A DNA stretch of 63,647 nt, filler included, from Collodictyon triciliatum (lineage: Eukaryota): NCBI GenBank assembly GCA_043381765.1. It is 17 parts of 17 records of this genome, joined end to end, with 100 filler letters (N's around TTAATTAATTAA, not from the genome) between each part and the next. Parts side by side here need not be neighbours in the genome. Positions count along the whole stretch, not along the records: positions 53,177 to 56,869 come from JBHJMP010006989.1; positions 56,970 to 60,657 come from JBHJMP010006990.1; positions 60,758 to 63,647 come from JBHJMP010007015.1; 14 more parts are not named here. One strand, given 5' to 3'. The notes under the pieces are model-generated. The model worked only from the letters and a program-made list of their open reading frames with translations. It ran no database searches and was not told the DNA's origin. The stretch's first letter is position 1. Each line of letters starts with the position of its first letter. The translations under genes and the position numbers were made by a program. Positions 54,297 through 63,647 of the stretch are shown here, piece after piece.

Positions 54297-56730
54297 TCAC
54301 TGAGAATCGTTTGTTCCTTGGCTCGACGGTGGAGTCTCACTGTCGCTGGGTTTCGTCTTTGAGAAAAAGTGATTCATGGACTTCATTCCCCGTTTATCCA
54401 CTTTGGCTAGTTTCCGTTGGGACACACTGAGGCCCGGTGCCTTCTTTTCAGCCTTTTTGGAACGATCAAAGTCTGCATCATAATCGCTCTGACTTGATTG
54501 CGAGTGGTCGGAGGCTGCAGACGGCTGAAATGCGAAATCTATTTCATGGCCATTTTCAGCAAATTGAAAACAAAGTAATAGGCTAAATAGGTGTATTGTA
54601 ATGAAAAAGCCTCAAGGTAAACAGTGTGATATTTTTATGTGCATAGACCGGATATGAGTAGAGGTGTTATAGTGAGAGAACAAGGAGTGTCTCGAATATG
54701 ACTCTTTACCAGAGAGTTTCTTGGTCACTAAATGCTCCCTAATTGGTACGTTTGGGGATAAGGGCATGAGTGGTAGGCGATAAAGCAATATCGGAATCAT
54801 CGTACACATCATAAATGTATGAAAAACTGCTTGATTAAGGATAGGTACAATTCATATCGAATAAAGGAAAAAAAAAAAGAAAAAGAAAAGGATAGATACA
54901 ATTCATAATTTTACTCCAAAATTCAATTGAATAACCTGTATGTTTCTTCAATTATGGAGTATACGTCTTTTGGTAAATATTCCTTCAAAATCGACGCGCA
55001 GAATCGTGTGAGTGTGGCTGCATCATGAAGTACTTTAAGTTAATGCCGAAATGCATTTCATGGAAAAATTACGAGTATTCTTATTTTCTAATATGTATAT
55101 ATTCATTCACCAGCATCTTCACCCATCATGCACAATATTGAAAGGAATAAAAAAAAAAAGAGGAGTATATGTTCATTCGGTATGACTCTAGAAAAAGAAG
55201 CCTTACATTCATCACATTCTGGGTTAGCTCTTGAAGTGGCAAAGGACGAGGACCNNNNNNNNNNNNNNNNNNNNNNNNNNNNNNNNNNNNNNNNNNNNNN
55301 NNNNNNNNNNNNNNNNNNNNNNNNNNNNNNNNNNNNNNNNNNNNNNNNNNNNNNNNNNNNNNNNNNNNNNNNNNNNNNNNNNNNNNNNNNNNNNNNNNNN
55401 NNNNNNNNNNNNNNNNNNNNNNNNNNNNNNNNNNNNNNNNNNNNNNNNNNNNNNNNNNNNNNNNNNNNNNNNNNNNNNNNNNNNNNNNNNNNNNNNNNNN
55501 NNNNNNNNNNNNNNNNNNNNNNNNNNNNNNNNNNNNNNNNNNNNNNNNNNNNNNNNNNNNNNNNNNNNNNNNNNNNNNNNNNNNNNNNNNNNNNNNNNNN
55601 NNNNNNNNNNNNNNNNNNNNNNNNNNNNNNNNNNNNNNNNNNNNNNNNNNNNNNNNNNNNNNNNNNNNNNNNNNNNNNNNNNNNNNNNNNNNNNNNNNNN
55701 NNNNNNNNNNNNNNNNNNNNNNNNNNNNNNNNNNNNNNNNNNNNNNNNNNNNNNNNNNNNNNNNNNNNNNACACGTCTCGATAATGAATGGAAAATGAAA
55801 TTGAATTAACAACTTTTCACATCACAAATAAGTTCCAGGCGCAAATCTTTGCATTCTTTCAGTTTGTGCAATTTAGGTTCCTCAGAGGATGTCAAAATCT
55901 GCTCCATATCAATAAAAGCACCACCTTCACCTCTCTAGAAAGGATGTAAGTAGGTATAAAAGTTGCAAAAGAGTGGGTAAAGTAATAAAAGGAAACGAAA
56001 GTGCTGAGTACATCAACAAGCAGTCTTTATGCGGCATTACAACGAATACATGGTTAATATCACATACTCTTCCTTTACAAGAGTCAACCAATTTTGGTAT
56101 TATAAGAAAAAGCGGATCTATTTGTGATGCAAGATAAAGTGAACCATCTGCATGATAAAGAGGTTAGAATATCGCTTATCTGCTCATCACAGCTATAAGA
56201 GGTATTTCTAATGCCTGTAATTCACATCCTCAGATGACCTGGGTGTTAATTATGGGACATATAATATATGTTATTACAATTTTATTAGCATTAATAAAAT
56301 TATGATGGCAATATACAATACCTGCTATTGCGCTGTCATCGACGAACCATGATCGGTGTGGCTCTTTGGTAACCTGAATCTCATAGCAGAGACCCCCTTG
56401 AACAAGAAATTTTGCAGGTGACCCTGAGTATATTTTAATATCGAATACATAAGCATGTGTCTCCAAGTTTAAAAGTTAGTATAGAATGTTTGGCAGATTT
56501 AAGGAATCGGGTTAAAAAATTAGAATAAAGACAAAATAAAACAGAATTAAAATTAAAATTAAACAAAAATAAAAACATAATTAAAACAAAATAAAACCAG
56601 ATTATTTTTCTAAAAAAAGAAAAAAAAAGGAAGCTATAAACCTGTGCGTGGGTGCAACAAAGAAAGGAACTCAATGTGCTCTTCACCGTCTGCTGTTCCT
56701 TAACGTCCAAAACGAAGGTAGGTTCGTTCG
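54297..56730 (-). CDS. RNASEH2B: Ribonuclease H2 subunit B; multi-exon, spans an N gap, 5' end uncertain
   Basis: YEIQ..PHRSWFVDD, DGSLYLASQIDPLFLIIPKL and the C-terminal PIP box LAKVDKRGMKSMNHFF. Confidence 0.85.
54857..54887 (+). mobile_element. Ultra-short LINE 3'-end insertion with 20-bp TSD, intronic
   Basis: AAGGATAGGTACAATTCATA [TCGAATAAAGG plus A-rich tail] AAGGATAGATACAATTCATA (1 mismatch). Confidence 0.85.
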
Positions 56731-56771
56731 TTTTATATATATTAAGAGTACATGTAAAAAACACACACAAA

Positions 56772-56869
<98 letters not shown>

Positions 56870-56969
56870 NNNNNNNNNNNNNNNNNNNNNNNNNNNNNNN
56901 NNNNNNNNNNNNNTTAATTAATTAANNNNNNNNNNNNNNNNNNNNNNNNNNNNNNNNNNNNNNNNNNNN

Positions 56970-58457
56970 CTTCTCACCAAATACCTCATTTAGAGATGAG
57001 TGTGTGCCGCCGTATTGCTTGCCCAGAACACCCTGGATATACAGCTTATGAAAAAAAGATGTCTTACCAGTGCCTCCTTTGTTGTTTCGGAATATCATCA
57101 TCTTGCCAATTCGATAATGCGGATGGAATATGATTTTGGCTAAATACTGCATCACATATTTCAGTGACGCAGGATTGCCAGCGCACAGATACTGGGACAA
57201 CTGCTTATAGTTCATACTCTGTTTCCAGATAGCATAATCATCTGCTGTCACTGAGCTGCGAATTTGATTACAATACCCCCACCAGTCAGTTTTTTGTATC
57301 GCATTTAACTCTGGAAAATACTTTTCGAACTTGAACCCTTTAAAATAATTGTAAGCTCGTGGATTGTAATAGTTGGTAAACATGTTGTATGGCATAAAGT
57401 CGAAATACTTGTAGCGCCGTTCGGGACATAAATTTCTCTGTACATGTTTCCAGTACTTGTCTCCAAACTCCTCACAATAAGAACCTGGATTGTCTATGGG
57501 TTCGGCCTTGCGAGAGTTGTCTTCATGTTCATAAAACAACTTTCCAAGTATCATAAAGTGTTCAAGAGCAAACTTTGTGATACACAGGCCATCTTATTCT
57601 TTTTCTTTATCAGGCTCTGGCTCGAAAGTCGATTGAATAGCTTTACTCTCAAATTCTAGGGCGTACCCGGTATGCTCACGTATGTATTCAGACAACTTGA
57701 CATTCAGTTCTGTTCTGTATTGACTTTTGTTGACATACAGTCCGTCAAACACATAGACACTAACATGAACACTGTTTTGTCGCAAAAAATCGATAGCCAG
57801 TTGCATCACTTTTAATTCCTCTGTCTGCAAATAGTAACTCAACGTGCTATAAATGCGATTGCTGTGTTCGTATAGAGCGTTGGTGTCTTTTTTAAACTTT
57901 ACGTTGTGCCACTCCTTACACTTTTCGTATACGTTACCGGCTAGGACTAGCATCTCTTCTCCAAGGGTTTTAGTAAACTCGTCGCCCTGAACCCATTTGT
58001 TGCCATATGCAATGCTCAAATACAGCTTCTTGGCTTCTTTGTGTGACATGTTAAAATCCTTCATCGTTTTATGGATGATCTGCTCACGGTCCTCAACATA
58101 TGTCTTTATCGCAGTGTGGGGCAGATCCCACTTCCTGGCCAAATCCAAGCTTAAGCAATAGTGGCAATTCTTGATGTCCAGGTTAATGTGTGTGTCACAC
58201 AACAAGAATTGACGCACGGGTTTTGGAAGCTTTAACACTGAAACTGATTTATGATACACCCTTCCAATTCCAATCTTTTGCAAGTACTCGGTGTGCTCAT
58301 ATTTCACAGTCAAACGATACGTATCGTCGTCTGGTGCTGATAAGCTCATCTTGCGTATAACGCCTAATATGCCTTTGGTCGGCTTATCAATCTTATCACG
58401 CGGTTGCTTCATGAGAAGCGCCACTTTCTTGACGTCGATGTGCTCAACTAGTTCCAT
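56970..58457 (-). pseudogene. TVpol (PolA-like primase/polymerase) fused to SF3 helicase, split by one in-frame TAA at 57594-57596; 3' partial
   Basis: GRVY, LPKPVR, motif A LDIKNCH, motif B AKKLYLSIAYG and motif C VFDGLYV; the same frame continues EKE*DGLC into YLAKIIFHP..GKMMIF..GGTGKTSF (Walker A). Confidence 0.8.
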
Positions 58458-58513
58458 TGTAGTACTAAGATACACTCTTATTACGAAATGTCTTTAACTG
58501 TGTATTTTGTGCA

Positions 58514-58761
58514 CTCCAGAAGAAAATGGGCATTCGGGTGTTCCCTTGCAAATGTCCCTTGCAAATGTCCCCTTTTAGGGCCCTTCCAAAACTATTTTTA
58601 ATTTGACCCTACCCTAGAATATTTGGGTAGGGTAGGGTCTATTTTTCCATCTACTTTCTATATTTTGGGGGTTGAACAAGTAAGGATGAACATAGGATAA
58701 ACATAGAGGTACAAGACTGAAAGAAGTAAGGAGACATGCCAGTGCCCATTTTCTTCTGGAG
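58514..58761. repeat. 19-bp perfect inverted repeat enclosing a tandem 13-mer and a hairpin
   Basis: CTCCAGAAGAAAATGGGCA (58514-58532) and TGCCCATTTTCTTCTGGAG (58743-58761); CCCTTGCAAATGT twice; GACCCTACCCT..AGGGTAGGGTC (58605-58639). Confidence 0.85.
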
Positions 58762-58800
58762 GATGAACAGGACTTAAACAGGGGTTGTGCAGTTCTCCCG

Positions 58801-58965
58801 TTAATCAAAAATGACCTTGACCGGCCCTTCTATGATACCGTACATATGCGGCCCCTTCTTCTTTCTGCTCTTTTTCCTCAATGCCTCCAGCTTATCAAAG
58901 TATTCTTTCAGTTCCTCAAAAGTAGAAAAGAGCAGTTCACCGTCCGTGGTATATAGTCGTAGCAT
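58801..58965 (-). CDS. Small conserved viral protein (54 aa, C-terminus VKVIFD)
   Basis: Resembles 50934-51137; ATG is preceded by TATCT-N10. Confidence 0.6.
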   Translation of the reverse strand: MLRLYTTDGELLFSTFEELKEYFDKLEALRKKSRKKKGPHMYGIIEGPVKVIFD

Positions 58966-58981
58966 ATCTAAGACTAGATAT

Positions 58982-59703
58982 TTAAAAAAGGATCTCTTCC
59001 GCAAAGTTCTTGTAAGCTTTGATTCTGCGGGGTACCATCAAGTTGACGTAGAGAAAGCAATAGGGGTCTGCGGTGGCAAAATCAAATACCTGGTCAAAGA
59101 GTTTCTGATCGAGGTTTGTCATTTCATTGAGGGCTTCCCGTTCGTGTTTGTTGTCGGTATAGAAAGCAACGAGGTGGGAGGCGTTTTGCCGTACCTTGGG
59201 GTTGAACAATCGAATGGCGTGACCCACTACGATCATAGAAAGTCTGAAATGACGGTGCTGCAACATTTTCTTGAGCAGGGTCTTACTAGGGCGCTCGAAA
59301 GCGGTTCCCAGGTCGTCTACCACGAGAAGGTAAGCATTGTCCTTGAACTCGGGGTCACCGGTTATGTCTTTTGTGACTTGTTCAAAGATTTCCTCGTTAA
59401 AGTCCTCATACATGCGGCTCTTGTGAAATTTGACACCCTCGTATGAAGAATCGTGTATTTCTCCTCCGGAAATATTACTGGAGCAAAAATATACCTTGTC
59501 GAATATCTGGTGGTACATTTCTCGCTTACCCAGCAAATTACTGATCAGCGTCGTTTTACCGCTAGCGACTTCTGCAGAGATCAACATTCAGAAGGGTCTA
59601 TCACTCTTTGCGTCCGGCAATATCTCCAATATCACTTCGCGCTTGTTTTTTTGACGGTTTTTAGTGGGGCAACCTCAACGTTACTTACTTTCTTGCTTTC
59701 CAT
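58982..59703 (-). pseudogene. A32-like packaging ATPase with a frameshift (A7 run, 59646-59652) and an in-frame TGA (59588-59590)
   Basis: N-terminus MESKKVSN aligns with MQSKRVSN of element A; LPD..RPF*MLISAEVASGKTT, LLVVDD, HRH, RQN and YCFLYV..YKNF. Confidence 0.85.
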
Positions 59704-59709
59704 ACAGTA

Positions 59710-60036
59710 TTAACGAAATAAAAGATCATTGTCGTACGAGAGTTCCCGCACCTGGGCCTTGTCTACTGTTTCCTTAATTCTGCGCTTCTCGATTTTTCTA
59801 GCCTCTTCCTTTGTGAGATATTGTTTGATCAAGGACACGTCGTGCTGTAACGAAGAATAGTCGTGAATGGGTTTTTTGACAGCCTCGTATTGCTTGACCG
59901 TTTGAACGATTTCCTTGTTCTTCTTTTTTGCTTCTGTTGCTTTAGGTTGAATTTTGGCGAGGTGGGCTCTCTGCTTTTCTGATGCTACGCGTTTCTTTTT
60001 TGGTTTCTCAATGGTATTTATTTCCGAATCACTCAT
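59710..60036 (-). CDS. Basic coiled-coil viral protein
   Basis: 108 aa ORF with KPKKKRVASEKQRAHLAK; preceded by TTTTCT-N10-ATG; packed between ATPase and penton. Confidence 0.65.
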   Translation of the reverse strand: MSDSEINTIEKPKKKRVASEKQRAHLAKIQPKATEAKKKNKEIVQTVKQYEAVKKPIHDYSSLQHDVSLIKQYLTKEEARKIEKRRIKETVDKAQVRELSYDNDLLFR

Positions 60037-60069
60037 ATGAATCCATAGAAAATAATTTCTGGCAAGAGT
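60037..60069. promoter_or_regulatory. Putative bidirectional viral promoter AGAAA-ATAA-TTTCT between divergent ATGs
   Basis: TTTCT lies 10 nt before the ATG at 60036 (minus) and 9 nt before the ATG at 60070 (plus). Confidence 0.55.
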
Positions 60070-60657
60070 ATGGACAAAGCGTTTTACATTTATGTTGATT
60101 CCGAAAACCGAGAAAGCGGAAGTATCGCAGACTTTAATTTCGCAACGACACAGAACAGGTACGTGTCGAGTAAAGCAAAAATCGGATTAGAGAGCATCCA
60201 GATACCGAATGCCGTACACAATGTCACATCCGCCAACAACGAGTTATCCTTCCTTTGCCAAGTCGGAGCAGACAGCCCCGTTTCATACAATGTGTCACTT
60301 GAAACTGGATTACAAACCATCAATGAAATAGTCAGTGACATTAGAACAAAGATGAACGCAGCCACGGCATCCCAGTCAGCTAATGCGGTTGTTTCAGTTT
60401 CATTTCTTACCGGCAAACAGAAGATTGCTATCAAAGGAGACGGAGCATCAATCTCATATCAATTGTTTGTGAATTCGTCGACGTGCCGGGACCTAATTGG
60501 GCTGACGGCCAATCTATCATTCAATACGTCTTTTGTGGAGCTACAGAATACAGTCAATATTCGACCTTTTGATTATGTGTACCTGGTCAGCCCGAACATT
60601 CAGAGTTCGAGCTTTGCCAGCAACATAGGCGGCAATGGCATCATCGCAAAAATACCG
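60070..60657 (+). CDS. Minor capsid protein (penton, single jelly roll); 3' partial
   Basis: IYVDSENRESGSIADF, IGLESIQIPNAVHNVTSANN, DLIGL, VNIRPFDYVYL and IIAKIP match the PLV/virophage penton pattern. Confidence 0.85.
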
Positions 60658-60992
60658 NNNNNNNNNNNNNNNNNNNNNNNNNNNNNNNNNNNNNNNNNNN
60701 NTTAATTAATTAANNNNNNNNNNNNNNNNNNNNNNNNNNNNNNNNNNNNNNNNNNNNTTGTCTTTTTCTTTGTCTTTGTCTTTGTCTTTGTCTTTGTCTT
60801 TGTCTTTGTCTTTGTCTTTGTCTTTGTCTTTGTCTTTGTCTTTGTCTTTGTCTTCTTTTATTGCCGAATCCACAACAACTAGGAGCCATGTTGCAAAACC
60901 AAGTTGGGTCGCACAGCCATCTCCAGTGCTTCTAGCACGGATCAGTGCTATACAAGAGTAGTCATGCGAAAACATTTCTAGGTTCCGGGTGA

Positions 60993-63577
60993 ATGGATCC
61001 GCCCCAACTCTCAAGTATCGGTCATGTTTCCTCTTTTCTGGAGAGCTTCGACTATGCCAAAAGGCCAACCCTCGACTTGAGTGATCCGATCCCTTTATCT
61101 TGGTTGGAAAATTCAGGAAGCTTGTCAACTGAAGAAACAAAGTGCATGTTTGACCTTCTTCGAGTAGCTGAGGTTTCTTATTTTCTTTTTCATTTCTTTT
61201 TCTTTTTTATGTTTGTTCTATTTCTCATATTTTTTAATCACTCTTCAAACAAGAGCCACAATCAGATTGTAGTAATTTCTTCCTTATCCAAAGCTGATAA
61301 ATGCTTNNNNNNNNNNNNNNNNNNNNNNNNNNNNNNNNNNNNNNNNNNNNNNNNNNNNNNNNNNNNNNNNNNNNNNNNNNNNNNNNNNNNNNNNNNNNNN
61401 NNNNNNNNNNNNNNNNNNNNNNNNNNNNNNNNNNNNNNNNNNNNNNNNNNNNNNCTGTGTGTTTGTTTTCCTATTGTTCCATCATACTCCCAGTTTTCCT
61501 CCCTTATTTCTATGTGTTTTTTCACTAATGCAATGACATCTATCTGTGTGAATATGTTAGTCGTAGATGACACTCTTTTAATAATTCGCTGGAAATTAAG
61601 ATATACTGGGTTTCGAATATTTGTAGCATTTTGTAAATACAGTATATTTATTGATGCATATCATATCCAACATTCCATTCACAGGAGTTAGTATCTGTCT
61701 TACCCGATGATTTGATGAGGAAGTATGTTTATGTCAAAGGGTTGATTATTGGCAAACTTTCCAAACTCAGGACAGGTTGATTTATTGATTCATATATATG
61801 TATATATATTGATACCGAAATTAAGCAGTCCTTTTTTTTTATTCTAGATGATACGCATACCCCTGATTTAGATTCCATCAGAGAGGCCGTAATTACCTAC
61901 ATATCATGATACTCATATGCGATGTGTAAAAGAAGCCATACCGTTTGCAATCAATTCTATACATTACTTAATTATTTGAAAACAAAGGATAGACAGGTTC
62001 TTACTCAAGATCCAATGTCTTTAATATCCCTGTCAGAGGATATGTACCAGAGTATACAATTACTTCAATCTGAACTTTCAGCTGTCTGTACGTTCCAGTT
62101 GAATATTCATTAGATCTTAGTCACTCAAATGAGACCCTATTTCTTTCTTTTTTTTTTGTATCAGAAATTAGTAGATACATTTTTATGTATTATCGGTATT
62201 TGTTTTTTAAAATATGTGAATGCTATTAATTTCATAAACTTATCATTTTTGTGCATTTGCCAAGATATTCAAGATAGAACGACCCAAAGCACAATCTCTT
62301 CTCCAAATTCTGACATGAGCACAAAAAGGCAATCAATCAAGCTGGAAGCTGTGAAGAAAATTACAGAAAGGTTATCCTGTGCTTTTCTACTATTCATTTT
62401 GGTTCAACCCGAAGTTTTTTTCTTGATGAAAATCTCGTTTTATATTACAAACCAACCATCATACCCTGTCCCAATATTACCACCCATACCAATCATCGGC
62501 GAATAGGTGTTTCTCTGTGTCGAGTAAATTAAGGGGCTCCTTGAGGTCTTTTGCGAGCAATCTAAACGCTAATCATGAATCAATCGCAAGATACAAAGAT
62601 GCTTATGAAAAACTCATGAAAGAAAAGTATTTTCAATCATACTTCCATTAAGGAAAACTCTTTTAAAAATATTTCTGATAAAATTAAAAATAAATGTATA
62701 AAATTATGTAGGAAAGATCTAGAGAAACAATTAGAGTTGAATCGTTCGGAAATGATAGCACAACGGGACTATCAACTCTCAGAGATTGGCCGAGTTAAAC
62801 AAGAATTTCAATCTGATGTCGAGCAGTAGGAGCCCTCCTTTTATTTCAATTGATGTTTTTTTTTAATGGCTTATATTGTACTCGTAACGTTTTTTTTTGT
62901 TTTGGTTATTTTTGTATTGTTTATTCCCAACATCACACAACAAGCGACTTTTTATCCGATTCTTTGCATCGCAGTTCTATTGCGATGATTGAAGAACTTC
63001 ACAGACAAATTCAAATTCTTGAACATGAAAAAGAAAATGTGATTTTACGGTACGAAAAGTTATATAGCGAGTTGGTTATGCTTCAACAAAAGCAAAAAGC
63101 TACCGCTGAACAGAACTCTGGTAGCTTTACTATTTGATTAAATCTAGAAAGGATATAACCGAGATCGAATTATATGCAGTTGCATTTGAAGTATTTTTTT
63201 CGGGATTTTTTTCACATAACCTTGAAATATGACATAGCTGCGGTGACTGAGATGATGAGGAACGAAACGGATATGCTCACTAAGCGATATGATGCTCTCC
63301 TTTACCAAGAAAAGGAAATGTAATAGATTTCTAAAAATAATAATCATACGCTAAATACCAACATGTTGCATCGAAAATTTATTGTTCGTTTGAATGAGGC
63401 TTCTAAAGTGCTTCTCTTTTCACATAGGTATGACCGCTCAAGGATTGAAATGGATGCAAAGTACACACAAATTCACTTAAAAATATCCAATATATCTGCA
63501 GAAGCGAAGGATGTTTTGTGGCATGTAAATGAAATAGACTCAAAATATAGCACAGTTTTACAGACCATCATCGCGGT
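60993..63577 (+). CDS. Uncharacterised multi-exon protein with C-terminal coiled coil; boundaries approximate
   Basis: Short open exons with GT-AG boundaries; heptad-rich segments such as IEELHRQIQILEHEKENVILRYEKLYSEL. No family recognised. Confidence 0.5.
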
Positions 63578-63647
63578 AATTACATTTCTAATATTTCACA
63601 CATATCACTGGGATGTAAATGTGATCGCCCTCCCCCCGCACCCCCCC

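Larger units (their letters stand above)
56970..60657. mobile_element. Polinton-like virus / virophage-type element B; internal fragment, partly pseudogenised
   Basis: Intronless TVpol-helicase, small ORF, A32 ATPase, basic ORF and penton; both ends break mid-gene. Confidence 0.88.

Noticed and set aside
58811-59446. 211 aa plus-strand ORF in element B
   Set aside because: Antisense to the ATPase and small ORF; no motifs and no upstream TCT signal.
57594-59590. Alternative genetic code explaining in-frame stops in element B
   Set aside because: The stops are of two types (TAA and TGA), come with a frameshift, and TAA terminates neighbouring genes normally.

Overview
This window is not one locus. 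It is about 17 unrelated contigs of roughly 3.7 kb each, in approximately descending size order, joined by artificial N-TTAATTAATTAA-N spacers, so neighbours across spacers mean nothing. Most contigs come from an intron-rich, microsatellite-rich eukaryote, probably a protist. Host genes include TTD14-like, GT92, a cNMP-binding protein, a membrane pseudokinase, ATG27/M6PR-like, TRIM-NHL, LRR, MED28, an FG-GAP adhesin, an FHA kinase, a rhomboid, TERT, PIP5K and RNASEH2B. Two contigs (49385-53076 and 56970-60657) are intronless, gene-dense fragments of Polinton-like virus (PLV) or virophage-type elements. They encode A32 packaging ATPases, a major capsid protein, a penton and SF3 helicase fusions. 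The two share a small conserved ORF, an unusual Q-to-H ATPase sensor and a WWTCT-N10-ATG upstream motif, but carry different replicase heads (AEP primase versus PolA-like TVpol). One is decaying by point mutations. An L1/Tx1-like LINE family has also left many ultra-short (about 17-31 bp) 3'-end insertions, several with 17-20 bp target-site duplications (TSDs). All family calls are by motif recognition by eye; no database search was run.
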